Source of the DNA: Phycisphaera mikurensis NBRC 102666
Lineage (GTDB): Bacteria > Planctomycetota > Phycisphaerae > Phycisphaerales > Phycisphaeraceae
Reading direction: 5' to 3'
Length of the DNA: 32,000 nucleotides
NCBI RefSeq assembly: GCF_000284115.1
Contig: NC_017080.1
Span: forward strand, 2,910,001 to 2,942,000
Below the pieces are notes generated by a model, which made no database searches, was not told the origin of the DNA, and saw only the letters and a program-made list of their open reading frames with translations. Positions 1 through 9,108 of the stretch are shown here, one piece after another; the stretch's first letter is position 1; the number at the start of each line of letters is the position of its first letter. Made by a program: the position numbers and the translations under genes.

Positions 1-1482
1 GCGGCGGTTGAGCAGCAGCACCACCTGGCCCCCGCCGTCGAGCGTCTCCGCGATCGCCGCCTCCAGCCGCCGCGACAGGAGGTGCACCCCCTTCCGTTCC
101 CGCCGCTCCCGGGCGAGATCGACGACCTCCACCCTCGGCAGCTTCGCCCCCGCCACCCGATCCGGCAGCGACAGCAGGCTCCACCCTGCCTGACTTCCGC
201 TCTTCTTTGCTTCTTCGCTTCTTCGTTTGCCGGGCAAAGCCCGGGCGTAACTCTCCAGCGCCGGCGTCGCCGACCCCAGCACCACCGGGCACCCCCGCCC
301 CCCCGCCGCCATCGCCGCCCGCTTGATCGCGACGTCCCGGCCGTGGTACCGCGGCAGCTGGTCCTGCTTGTAGCCGGTGTCGTGCTCCTCGTCGACGATC
401 ACCAGGTCCAGCCGCGGCAGCGGCGCGAAGACCGCGGAGCGGGCGCCGATGACGATCCGCGACGTTCCCTCGCTCACCCGCCGCCAGTGCGCGTGCCGCT
501 GCCCGGGCGTGAGCCCCGAGTGCAGCACGGCGACACCGGCCGCGCCCGGACCGGACGAGCCGCCGAAGCGTGCCGCGAACCGCCCGACCGTCTGCGGCGT
601 GAGCGCGATCTCCGGCACCAGCACCAGCACGCACGCCTGGGGCTCGAGCTCGCGCAGCTTCGCGATCGCCTGCAGGTAGACCTCGGTCTTCCCCGAGCCG
701 GTCACGCCGTGCAGGAGGTCGACGTGGAAGCTTCCAAAGCGCGAGACGATCGCGTTGACCGCGTCCCGCTGCGCCGGCTCCAGCCGCTGCGCAGCGTCCG
801 CCTCCGGCGGGGCGACCGCGTCGAGGTTGCCGGTGACGACCTCCTCGCTCCGCTCCTCAAGCCGCCCCGCCTCCAGCAACTTCTGCAGCGGCCCCGCCGT
901 CTTCGCCCCCGCCCGCTCCAGCAACTCCTTCCGCTCCACCCAGCCAGCGCCCGCGGACTCGAGGATCGCTCGCTGCAGCTTCGTCGTCTTCTGCTGACTT
1001 CCCCGCTTCTCCGCTTCTCCGCTTCCCCGCTTGCCCTCCGCCGCTCGGTACGAGCGGCGGACGCTCACCCCCGTCCCGTGCTTCACGCTCGCCGGCAGCA
1101 TCGTCGCCAGCGTCATCCCGATCGGGCACGCGTAGTACCGGCTCATCCAGCCGGCCAGCCCGACGAGGTCGGCCGGCAGCTTCACCGCCAGCCCCAGCCG
1201 GCCGCGGACCGGCTTGATCTTCGCCGCCTCCACGCCCGCCGGCGGATCGTCCGACACCGCGACCACGAAGCCCTGGACGGGCTTGTCCCCCCGCCCCAGC
1301 GGCACCGTCACCCGATCGCCCACGCCGAGGTCGCCAAGCGAGGGAACCCCCTCCGGCACCGCGTAGGTGAAGCCGCGCGGCTCCGCGTCCACGCCCCGCT
1401 CCACCGCGACCTGCACGTAGAAGGCCGCATCGAGCCGGGGAGCGGGCGGCGTCGCGTCTTCACCGAAGAGTCCCGCGGGCAT
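1..1482 (-). CDS. priA: Primosomal protein N' (PriA replication-restart helicase), N-terminal ~494 aa; the 3' end runs off the window
   Basis: Hand translation of the minus strand from ATG at 1482-1480. The frame stays open to position 1, so it is absent from the ORF track. Starts MPAGLFGEDATPP...; Walker A LHGVTGSGKTEVY (codons ~685-720, in frame with the ATG); VIVDEEHD box; LGSATP. The frame is strongly GC3-biased. Confidence 0.9.
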   Translation of the reverse strand, partial: MPAGLFGEDATPPAPRLDAAFYVQVAVERGVDAEPRGFTYAVPEGVPSLGDLGVGDRVTVPLGRGDKPVQGFVVAVSDDPPAGVEAAKIKPVRGRLGLAVKLPADLVGLAGWMSRYYACPIGMTLATMLPASVKHGTGVSVRRSYRAAEGKRGSGEAEKRGSQQKTTKLQRAILESAGAGWVERKELLERAGAKTAGPLQKLLEAGRLEERSEEVVTGNLDAVAPPEADAAQRLEPAQRDAVNAIVSRFGSFHVDLLHGVTGSGKTEVYLQAIAKLRELEPQACVLVLVPEIALTPQTVGRFAARFGGSSGPGAAGVAVLHSGLTPGQRHAHWRRVSEGTSRIVIGARSAVFAPLPRLDLVIVDEEHDTGYKQDQLPRYHGRDVAIKRAAMAAGGRGCPVVLGSATPALESYARALPGKRRSEEAKKSGSQAGWSLLSLPDRVAGAKLPRVEVVDLARERRERKGVHLLSRRLEAAIAETLDGGGQVVLLLNRR

Positions 1483-1572
1483 GGCCAAACGTAGCCGCGG
1501 ACCGCAGCCGCTCCGCCGCGGAAGCCCCCGCGATCCGCGGCGGCGCAGGCGGCTGGCGGGTCGCCGGCCGGT

Positions 1573-2664
1573 TCAGCCGCTCAGCGTCGGGTAGTCGGTG
1601 TAGCCGTGTGCGTCGCCGCCGTAGAAGGCGTCGGTGATCGGCTCGTTGTAGGGGCCGCCCCGCTCCAGCCGCTCGGGCAGGTCGGGGTTGGCGAGGTACA
1701 GGCGGCCGAAGGCGATGAGGTCGGCGTCGCCGGCGTCGAGCTTCTCGATCGCCCGCTCGCGGTCGTAGTCGCCGCAGGCGATCAAGGTGTTGCCGAAGTG
1801 CGGGCGGAGCTTCGCCGCCTCGAACTCGCCGGCGCCGTGGCGGAAGTCGCCGGCGCTGGGCTCGTTCACGTGGAGGTAGACCAGGCCGATGCGGTCCATC
1901 TCCCCCGCCAGGTGGGAGAAGGTCTCCTCGGGGTCGTGGTCGTGCATGTCGCCGAAGGTGCCGGTGGGCGAGACGCGGATGCCGACGCGGTCGGCGCCCC
2001 AGACGCCGGCGCACGCCTCGGCGACGCGGACGGCGAAGCGGCAGCGATTGGCGACGCTGCCGCCGTAGTCGTCGGTCCGCTCGTTGCTGCCGGTCCGCAG
2101 GAACTGGTCGAGCAGGTAGCCGTTGGCGGCGTGGACCTCGACGCCGTCGAAGCCCGCGTCCCTGGCCACCTCCGCCGCGTGGCGGTACGCGCCGACGATC
2201 CGGTCGATCTCCTCGACCGCGAGCGGCCGCGGCGTCACGAAGTCCTTCATCCCGGTGGGCGTCGCGGCCTGCCCGCTCGTGATCTTGATGGCGCTTGCGG
2301 ACACCGGCTGCTCGCCGCCGAGCAGGTCGGGGTGGGCCACGCGGCCGCAGTACCAGAGCTGGGCGAAGATGCGGCCGCCGGCTCCGTGCACCGCATCGGT
2401 GACGAGCTTCCAGCCCGCTTCCTGCTTGTCGCTGTGGATCCCCGGCGTGCCGGGGTAGCCGATGCCGCCCGGCGAGACCTGCGTGGCCTCGGAGACGATG
2501 AGCGCTGCGCCCGCCCGCTGCCGGTAGTACTCCGCGTTGAGGGCGTGGGGCGCGAGATCCTCGTCCGCCCGGTTCCGCGTGAGCGGCGCCATGACGATCC
2601 GGCTGGGGAGCGCGGTCGGGCCGAGGTGGTACGGCTGGAAGAGCGAGGCGGCGGCGTCGGGCAT
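1573..2664 (-). CDS. Old Yellow Enzyme family NAD(P)H:flavin oxidoreductase (alkene / N-ethylmaleimide reductase-like)
   Basis: 363-aa ORF. Family hallmarks recalled from memory: APLTRNR, QLWYCGR, GFDGVEVHAANGYLLDQFL, and a C-terminal FGRLYLANPDLP motif. Confidence 0.9.
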   Translation of the reverse strand: MPDAAASLFQPYHLGPTALPSRIVMAPLTRNRADEDLAPHALNAEYYRQRAGAALIVSEATQVSPGGIGYPGTPGIHSDKQEAGWKLVTDAVHGAGGRIFAQLWYCGRVAHPDLLGGEQPVSASAIKITSGQAATPTGMKDFVTPRPLAVEEIDRIVGAYRHAAEVARDAGFDGVEVHAANGYLLDQFLRTGSNERTDDYGGSVANRCRFAVRVAEACAGVWGADRVGIRVSPTGTFGDMHDHDPEETFSHLAGEMDRIGLVYLHVNEPSAGDFRHGAGEFEAAKLRPHFGNTLIACGDYDRERAIEKLDAGDADLIAFGRLYLANPDLPERLERGGPYNEPITDAFYGGDAHGYTDYPTLSG

Positions 2665-2746
2665 GGGCGAAGCTAGCGCGCAGCCTGCCCGGCGACGCCG
2701 GTTGCCGGGCCGCCGACGCCGCTTTGCCCTTCTTTAGGCTCGCCGC

Positions 2747-5440
2747 ATGGCCACCGCCGACACGCCCGCGATGAAGCAGTACAAGCGCTTCAAAGCCCAG
2801 CACCCCGGGTGCGTGCTGTTCTTCCGGATGGGCGACTTCTACGAGATGTTCTACGAGGACGCGGACCTGGCCCACCGCGTGCTGGGGATCACGCTCTCGC
2901 AGCGGACCGCCGGGGTGCCGATGGCGGGCGTGCCGCACCACAGCGTCGAGGGGTACCTCAAGCGGATGATCCAGGCGGGGCACCGGGTGGCCGTGTGCGA
3001 GCAGACGCAGGACCCCAAGGAAGCGAAGGGCGTGGTCGACCGCGACGTCACGCGGGTGGTGTCGCCGGGCACGCTCACCGACGAGGCGCTGATGGACGCG
3101 GGCGAACCGGCGGCGGTCGCGGCGGCGCATCCTTTGAAGGACGGCCGCGTCGCGTTGGCCTGGGCGGAGTTGTCGACCGGGGCGTTCGGCTTTGCCGCGG
3201 TGGACGCGGACGAAGCCGCCGGCGAGCTGGCCCGGCTCTCGGTGGCGGAGCTGCTTTTCTCCGACCCCGACGACGGCTCGGTGCCTCCCGCGACGGAAGC
3301 GCTGAGGCGGGCGCTGGACGTCCCGGCCTCGCCGCGGCCGGGCTACACCTTCCGGCCGGCCGAGGCGGTGACGCTGCTCAAGCGGCAGTTCGGCGTGGCC
3401 GACCTCGGCGGCTTCGGGCTCGGCGACGACGACCCGGCGCTGCCGGCGGTCGGGGCGGTGCTCGCGTACCTGCACGAGACGCAGCGGACGGATCCTCAAA
3501 CCGGAAGGCTGCCCCACCTGCAGCCGCCCCGCCGGCTGGACCGGGCGGGCAGCCTCATCATCGACGCGGCCTCGCTCGCGTCGCTGGAGGTGGTGAGAAC
3601 GCAGGCGGCCGCGGGGGCGAGCGGCGAGACGGCGGGCTCGCTCCTGGGCGTGCTCTCGGGCAACGGGAAAGCGACGCGGACGCCCATGGGCGGCCGGCTG
3701 CTGCGGCGGTGGCTGTGCTTCCCGCTGCGGGACGCCGAGGCGATCGGCCGCCGGCAGGACGTGGTCGCCTCGCTCGCGGACGACGGCCGCTTCGTCAACG
3801 AGCTGAGCGTGCAGCTCAAGCGGATCCAGGACGTGCCGCGGATCGCCGGCCGCTTGGGCGTGGGCCGGCTCACGCCGCGCGACCTGGTGGCGCTGGGCCG
3901 CAGCGTGGCGGCGGCGCGGACGCTGGCGGAGGTGCTCGGCGGCCGCGAACCCGTCGCCCCCTTCCACGATCGGCTCGACCCGCTGGTCGGACCGCTGATG
4001 GGCCTCGCCGAGACGCTCGACGACACCTGCCTCCAGGAGGACGCCCCCTCGCACCTCCGCGCCGGCGGCGTCTTCTGCGACGGCTTCGACCGGGAGCTCG
4101 ATGCCCAGCGCGACCTCATGCAGCACGGAGACCGCTGGCTCGCCGCGTACCAGCAGGAGATGAGCGAGAAGCTCGGGATCCCGGTGAAGGTCGGATTCAA
4201 CAAGGTCTTCGGCTACTACCTCGAGCTGACGGCCGTGCAGGCCGCGAAGCTGCACGACCGCGACGCCGCCACCGCGGGGTGGACCCGGAAGCAGACGCTC
4301 AAGAACGCCGAGCGCTACATCACCGCCGAGCTCAAGGACCACGAAACCCGCGTGCTCGCCGCGGAGGACCGCGCGATCGCCCGCGAGCTGGAGCTGTTCG
4401 CCGGGCTCTGCGACCAGGCGGCGCAGCGGATCCCGCAGCTGCAGGCCTACGCCGAGCTGGCCGCCGAGCTGGACGTGCTGCTGCTCTTCGCGGAGCGCGC
4501 GGCCAAGGGCGGGCACTGCCGGCCGACGCTCGTCGACGGCCCCGTGCTCGACGTCGCCGGGGGCCGGCACCCGGCGCTCGACGAGCTGCTCGGAACCGGC
4601 TTCGTCGCCAACGCGATCCACCTCGGCGGCGCCGGCCGGGCGCCGTTGGCGCTGCTCACCGGACCCAACATGGCCGGCAAGAGCACGTACATCCGGCAGG
4701 CCGCGCTGCTCACGCTGCTCGCCCACACCGGCGCGTTCCTGCCGGCGGAGTCCGCCACCGTCGGCCTCACCGACCGCATCTTCACCCGCGTCGGCGCCCA
4801 GGACCAGCTGCACGCCGGACGCTCCACCTTCATGGTCGAGATGACCGAGGCCGCGGAGATCTGCCGCCACGCGGGCCCCCACTCCCTGGTGATCCTCGAC
4901 GAGATCGGCCGCGGGACCAGCACCTACGACGGCTTGAGCCTCGCCTGGGCGATCGCCGAGCACCTCGAGGCCGTCGGCTGCCGCACGCTCTTCGCCACGC
5001 ACTACCACGAGCTGACGGCGCTGGCTGGAACCCGCTCCGGCATCGCGAACCTGCACGTGAAGGCCCGCCCGCTCAACGGCGAGATGGTCTTCCTGCACAC
5101 GGTGGAGCCCGGCGCGACCGACCGCAGCTACGGCGTGGAGGTCGCCCGCCTCGCGGGCATGCCGCCGGCGGTGACCGACCGCGCCGGGTCCCTGCTCGAG
5201 GCGTTCGAGGAGAAGGCGGCGGGATCCGCGGACCGCGTGCCCCCACCGCCCCAACGACCGACGGTCCGCGGCGCGGCGAGATCCAAGCCGCTTCGGCCGC
5301 CCAAGCCGCAGCTTGCGCTCTTCGGTCTGCCGGAGGACCATCCGGTCCTCTCGCGGCTGGCCGGGCTCGGCGATGCCGCCCTGAGCCCGGGCGAGGCGGA
5401 GGCCGAGCTGGACGCGCTGCGGACGCTGCTTCGGGGTTGA
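2747..5440 (+). CDS. mutS: DNA mismatch repair protein MutS
   Basis: 897-aa ORF. N-terminal TPAMKQYKRFKAQHPGCVLFFRMGDFYEMFYEDA mismatch-binding motif; Walker A GPNMAGKSTYIRQ; DEIGRGTSTYDGLSLA. Confidence 0.97.
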   Translation: MATADTPAMKQYKRFKAQHPGCVLFFRMGDFYEMFYEDADLAHRVLGITLSQRTAGVPMAGVPHHSVEGYLKRMIQAGHRVAVCEQTQDPKEAKGVVDRDVTRVVSPGTLTDEALMDAGEPAAVAAAHPLKDGRVALAWAELSTGAFGFAAVDADEAAGELARLSVAELLFSDPDDGSVPPATEALRRALDVPASPRPGYTFRPAEAVTLLKRQFGVADLGGFGLGDDDPALPAVGAVLAYLHETQRTDPQTGRLPHLQPPRRLDRAGSLIIDAASLASLEVVRTQAAAGASGETAGSLLGVLSGNGKATRTPMGGRLLRRWLCFPLRDAEAIGRRQDVVASLADDGRFVNELSVQLKRIQDVPRIAGRLGVGRLTPRDLVALGRSVAAARTLAEVLGGREPVAPFHDRLDPLVGPLMGLAETLDDTCLQEDAPSHLRAGGVFCDGFDRELDAQRDLMQHGDRWLAAYQQEMSEKLGIPVKVGFNKVFGYYLELTAVQAAKLHDRDAATAGWTRKQTLKNAERYITAELKDHETRVLAAEDRAIARELELFAGLCDQAAQRIPQLQAYAELAAELDVLLLFAERAAKGGHCRPTLVDGPVLDVAGGRHPALDELLGTGFVANAIHLGGAGRAPLALLTGPNMAGKSTYIRQAALLTLLAHTGAFLPAESATVGLTDRIFTRVGAQDQLHAGRSTFMVEMTEAAEICRHAGPHSLVILDEIGRGTSTYDGLSLAWAIAEHLEAVGCRTLFATHYHELTALAGTRSGIANLHVKARPLNGEMVFLHTVEPGATDRSYGVEVARLAGMPPAVTDRAGSLLEAFEEKAAGSADRVPPPPQRPTVRGAARSKPLRPPKPQLALFGLPEDHPVLSRLAGLGDAALSPGEAEAELDALRTLLRG

Positions 5441-5470
5441 TCGCGCGGCGTGGGGCGTACGGTCGCGGGC

Positions 5471-6454
5471 ATGCGACGCGCATCCCCCGGCCCTGTCCTG
5501 CTGCTCATCGCCCTTGGCACGCTCGCCGCGCCGGCGCGCCCGCAGCAGGCGGTGGAGGCGGCGGAGCCGGCGGACGCGGCCGCCGCGGGGGTGACGCTGA
5601 GCGTCCGGCCGGTCCACGTCCAGCTGCAGCGGTCGCTGGGGTTCGACGAGGAAGGCGAGGTGCGGCAGCGCGACGCCGGCCTCGCGATCCGCCTCGTCGC
5701 GGACGTCGAGACCGGGCTGGAGGTGCTGTCGGTCGCGCCGCCGGAGGTCGCCTCGCTCACCTGCTCCTTCGGCCTGGCGATCCCGCTGCCGCCCGGAGCC
5801 CGCCCGCGGCAGGGACCCCAGCCGCTGCAGCGTCGCCACGGCGACGCCGGACCCGGCAGCGTCTCCATCCAGCTGCAGCTGCCGCACCCGCCGGCGGCGG
5901 ACGGGATCCGCGAGGCCAGCGGCACGCTGACGCTGACCGTGGCCGACGGGCCCCGCCGCGAGCTGCGCTTCGTCCCGCTCGACCGCTTCCTGGGGCGGAC
6001 GGTGGTGGTCGAAGACCTCGGGGGTGCGGAGGTGAAGCCCACCCGCGACCGCAACGGCCGCGTCCGCTTCGACGTGCCGGCCGCGTTGGCCAGGAAGGTC
6101 GGTGGCGTCGGCTACGCCCGCCCCGGCGAGGCCGCCGCGTTCGACCCGGAGCCCGCCCGCTTCAGCCCGCAGGGCGGGGATCAGGCCACCGTGTGGCTGC
6201 AGGACCAACGCGTCCCCGAGGGCGGGGGCGTGGTGTTCCGCGTGTACCCGGACGCCCGCGAGATCGTGCTGCCTTGGCGATGCGGGCCTTTCGCGTTGCC
6301 CACGGCGCAGCCCCCGGCCGGCCTCCGGCTGGCGCTGCGAACGGTGGCCGAGGGTGCCGCTCCGGAAGGCGAAGCCGGGCCCGGCGCGGCCGAAGCGGCG
6401 GACCGGCCGCTGCCGCTGCGCATCGACGGCGAGCCGCAGCCGCCCCTGGAGTGA
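5471..6454 (+). CDS. Hypothetical secreted protein (N-terminal signal peptide); no family recognised
   Basis: ORF 5450..6454. ATG at 5471 gives MRRASPGPVLLLIALGTLAAPARPQQ, which is signal-peptide-like; a GTG at 5450 is an alternative start. GC3-rich. Its stop overlaps the start of the next gene (TGATG). Confidence 0.6.
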   Translation: MRRASPGPVLLLIALGTLAAPARPQQAVEAAEPADAAAAGVTLSVRPVHVQLQRSLGFDEEGEVRQRDAGLAIRLVADVETGLEVLSVAPPEVASLTCSFGLAIPLPPGARPRQGPQPLQRRHGDAGPGSVSIQLQLPHPPAADGIREASGTLTLTVADGPRRELRFVPLDRFLGRTVVVEDLGGAEVKPTRDRNGRVRFDVPAALARKVGGVGYARPGEAAAFDPEPARFSPQGGDQATVWLQDQRVPEGGGVVFRVYPDAREIVLPWRCGPFALPTAQPPAGLRLALRTVAEGAAPEGEAGPGAAEAADRPLPLRIDGEPQPPLE

Positions 6455-6936
6455 TGCGGCTGCCCGACACCCCCACGCGGATGCCGCTCCTGCCGATCGC
6501 CTCGTTCCTGCTCGCGGCGACCGCCTGCGACCACGCACCCGACCGCGTCATGCCCCCGCCGCCCGAGATCGACGCCGCGACGTTCGACGCCTGGGCGTGG
6601 GAGAAGCGGCCGGTGGTCGTCGCCGGCGAGCCCGACGCGGTGGCGGCCCAGGTGGACCTGCTGGAAGCCGAAGCGGCCGGGCTCGCGGAGCGGGCGATGA
6701 TCGTCGTGCCCGTCACCGGCGAGGATGCCGCTCCGGCGTCCATCAAGGAGCGCTTCGGCATCGATCCCGCCGCCCGTCTCACCGTCCTGCTCGTGGGCAA
6801 AGACACCGGCGTGAAGCGGCGGGAGGTCGACCCGCCCGAGCCGGTGACGCCCGCCTCGCTGTTCGCCGAGGTCGACCGGATGCCGATGCGGCAACGCGAG
6901 GCGCGCGAGGCGCGCGGGGCTCCACCGGCGCCGTGA
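6454..6936 (+). CDS. DUF4174-domain lipoprotein
   Basis: This is the last 160 aa of track ORF 2809..6936. The ATG at 6454 overlaps the upstream TGA by 1 nt. Lipobox-like signal MPLLPIASFLLAATAC. DUF4174 hallmarks recalled from memory: RPVVV..., LLVGKDTGVKRR, LFAEVDRMPMRQRE. Confidence 0.75.
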   Translation: MRLPDTPTRMPLLPIASFLLAATACDHAPDRVMPPPPEIDAATFDAWAWEKRPVVVAGEPDAVAAQVDLLEAEAAGLAERAMIVVPVTGEDAAPASIKERFGIDPAARLTVLLVGKDTGVKRREVDPPEPVTPASLFAEVDRMPMRQREAREARGAPPAP

Positions 6937-6968
6937 GGCCCCGAGGCGCCCCCCGGGCGGCTCGCGAT

Positions 6969-6987
6969 CCGGCGACGCGGTCGCCGG
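6969..6987. terminator. Candidate bidirectional terminator hairpin between convergent genes
   Basis: CCGGCGAC-gcg-GTCGCCGG: a perfect 8-bp stem with a 3-nt loop. It sits 1 nt from the antiporter stop codon. There is no U-tract. Confidence 0.3.
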
Positions 6988-6988
6988 C

Positions 6989-8077
6989 TCAGGCGTGGAG
7001 CCGCTTGCGCGTCTCGCGCCAGGTGGTGAAGGTGAAGCCGAGCGCGACGACCGGCAGCGCCACCCAGAGCAGGGCGTTCTCGAGCCAGTCCGGCAAGCCC
7101 GCCCCCTTCGCGGCCAGGACGGTGGCGACGACGTAGAGGACGTAGGCCGCGAGCAGCAGGCCACCCTCGGGGCGGCTGATCCGCCCCCCCGTGAAGAACA
7201 GCGGCAGGCAGGCCACCGCGGCGAGGATCATCACCGGCAGGTCGCCCCAGAGCACGCTGCCGGGGATGACCAGCCCGGTGCCGCCGGGGGCGAAGGCGGC
7301 GGAGACGCCCAGGATGCCGAGCACGTTGAAGATGTTGCTGCCGACGACGTTGCCCACCGCGACGTCGCGCTGCCCGCGGAAGGCGGCGAGGAGGCTGGTC
7401 GCCAGCTCGGGCAAGCCGGTGCCGGCGCCGACGATCGTCAGCCCGATGACCAGCTCCGACACGCCCGCGGCGCGGGCGATGGTGGAAGCGGAATCCACTA
7501 GCAGGTCCGAGCCGATCGCCAGCAGCAGCAGGCCGGCGAGCACGCGGCCGACGTCGAAGACGATCCACTTCACCCCGGGCGGGACCGGCTTCTTCGCCGC
7601 CTCGTCCACCTCGACCTCGCCGGGGTTGCGGCGGGCGAGCCGGATCAGCCAGACGAGGTACCCGATGAGGCCGGCGAAGAGCAGCACGCCCTCCACGCGG
7701 GAGATCAGCCCGTCGAAGCCCGCCAGGACCGGGGCGAAGCTCGCGGCGAGCATCACCGGCATGTCGCGGCGGAGCACCTCGCCCTGCACGATCAGGGGAG
7801 CGATCAGAGAGGCGATGCCCAGGATGCACAGCGTGTTGAAGATGTTGCTGCCGATCGCGTTGCCGACCGCGACGTCGCCCGAGCCGTTGTAGACGGCGCC
7901 CAGGCCGACCGCCAGCTCGGGGCTGCTGGTGCCCAACGCGACGACGGTGAGGCCGACCACCAGCGGCGAGATGCCGACCCGGCGGGCCAGGCGGACGCCG
8001 CCACCGACCAGGCCCTCGGCGCCGACCACCAGCAGCACGAGGCCCAGCACCAACCACAGGAACACCAGCGGACTCAT
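6989..8077 (-). CDS. CaCA-family cation/Ca2+ antiporter (YrbG-like Na+/Ca2+ exchanger)
   Basis: Within ORF 6989..8230. The start is taken at MSPLVFLWLV (ATG at 8077), because the upstream 51 aa are Arg-rich junk. Two alpha-repeats are present: GTSSPELAV...GNAIGSNIFN and GTGLPELATS...GNVVGSNIFN. Multi-TM profile. Confidence 0.9.
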   Translation of the reverse strand: MSPLVFLWLVLGLVLLVVGAEGLVGGGVRLARRVGISPLVVGLTVVALGTSSPELAVGLGAVYNGSGDVAVGNAIGSNIFNTLCILGIASLIAPLIVQGEVLRRDMPVMLAASFAPVLAGFDGLISRVEGVLLFAGLIGYLVWLIRLARRNPGEVEVDEAAKKPVPPGVKWIVFDVGRVLAGLLLLAIGSDLLVDSASTIARAAGVSELVIGLTIVGAGTGLPELATSLLAAFRGQRDVAVGNVVGSNIFNVLGILGVSAAFAPGGTGLVIPGSVLWGDLPVMILAAVACLPLFFTGGRISRPEGGLLLAAYVLYVVATVLAAKGAGLPDWLENALLWVALPVVALGFTFTTWRETRKRLHA

Positions 8078-8111
8078 GCGCGGACGGTACCCCGGAGGCC
8101 GCGCCGGCCGC

Positions 8112-8951
8112 TCAGGCCGCGAGGCGGGCCGTGCCGGGTTCCGCGTCGGCGTCCTGGGCGAGCCGCAGGATCGTCTCGGGCATCGTCGCCTCGCTCGCCT
8201 GCTTCGAGAGCGATCCGAGCACCTCCGCACGCCGGTCCTCGAAGTACGCGACGAGGGCCTCGATCTCTCCCTTGAAGCGACGGCCGCGGGCCTGGATGTC
8301 GTCGTCGGCGGCGGCGAAGGTCTCGGCCAGCCACTCGTTCTGGCTCTCGATCATGTCCTGGATGCGGGCGGCGAGCCGGTCGGCGGCGGCGTCGGTGTCG
8401 CCGAGCGTTTCGAGCGTCGGGTCGCTCAAGCCCGCACGCTTCGCCTCGGCAACCAGCGCCCCGAGGCGCCCGGAAAGCTCGGCCGCGTCCTTCATCACCG
8501 GCTCGAGGCCGTGCGCCTCGTCCACAATCGAGCCGAGGCGCTCGGCGAGATTCACCAGCTTCATCTCCATGCGTTCGAGCTGCTGGAGGCGGCGGTCGAC
8601 CCGCACCTCCGCCTGCTGCAGGCTCTCCAGACGGCCGGCAACCGCTTCACGCAAGCGCTCGACCTTGCCGATGAGCCGGGCGACGGCGTCGTCGTCCGCG
8701 GCGATCGGCTGCGCGATCGGGAGGCTCATGTCCGCGATGGTCTCCGCCGCCCGCTCCGCCTGCTCGCGCGTGTCCTTGAGCAGCTCCAGCAGGCGGAAGC
8801 GCTCCTGCCGGGCGCGGTCGAGCAAGGTGGCGAGCTGGCCCGAGGTCTCCTGCGTCTGCTCGGCGATGGCGGTTCTGAGGTCGGGCATGGCGGGCTCGGG
8901 AGCGGAATCGGACGCGTTCCGCCGCGGCGGCGGGTTCGCTGCCCGGACCAT
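8112..8951 (-). CDS. Hypothetical coiled-coil protein (acidic, Ala/Glu/Leu/Arg-rich)
   Basis: This is the 3' part of ORF 8112..9431. Candidate starts are ATG 8951 (MVRAANPPP...) or ATG 8888 (MPDLRTAIAE...). The upstream part of the track ORF runs antisense into metK and was rejected. GC3-rich, with heptad-like composition. No family recognised. Confidence 0.6.
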   Translation of the reverse strand: MVRAANPPPRRNASDSAPEPAMPDLRTAIAEQTQETSGQLATLLDRARQERFRLLELLKDTREQAERAAETIADMSLPIAQPIAADDDAVARLIGKVERLREAVAGRLESLQQAEVRVDRRLQQLERMEMKLVNLAERLGSIVDEAHGLEPVMKDAAELSGRLGALVAEAKRAGLSDPTLETLGDTDAAADRLAARIQDMIESQNEWLAETFAAADDDIQARGRRFKGEIEALVAYFEDRRAEVLGSLSKQASEATMPETILRLAQDADAEPGTARLAA

Positions 8952-9108
8952 CGGCACGATCCGGGCGCGACTTGGGGCCCGCGCCCGCCGGGGGCGTGGA
9001 CCCGCGGGCCGCAGCGACCGAGGCTCCCGCGCCGCCGCCGAGTGCCGCGGCACCGCCCCGGAGGCGCAGCTATAAGGAGGCCGCCCCGATTGCGAACCCG
9101 AGAAACCC

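Noticed and set aside
82-1494. 470-aa plus-strand ORF at the window start.
   Set aside because: It is antisense to the hand-translated priA frame, which carries Walker A (GVTGSGKT), DEEHD and other PriA motifs. Its own translation is Arg/Pro-rich junk.
2809-6453. Upstream 1215 aa of the 1375-aa plus-strand ORF 2809..6936.
   Set aside because: It is off-frame relative to mutS and gene 5471..6454. Only the last 160 aa (6454..6936) look like a real protein (DUF4174 lipoprotein).
1460-6538. 1692-aa minus-strand ORF, the largest in the track.
   Set aside because: The translation is Arg/Gly/Pro/Ala-rich low-complexity sequence with no motifs. It runs antisense to mutS and the secreted-protein gene and off-frame through the OYE gene, all of which have clear homology. 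This is a typical open antisense frame in DNA above 70% GC.
8952-9108. Possible SAM-responsive riboswitch upstream of metK (and of metXW).
   Set aside because: I could not recognise SAM-I, SAM-II, SAM-IV or SAM/SAH consensus helices or a convincing pseudoknot by eye. metXW has essentially no leader (17 bp). This is left as a check in the metK finding rather than a call.
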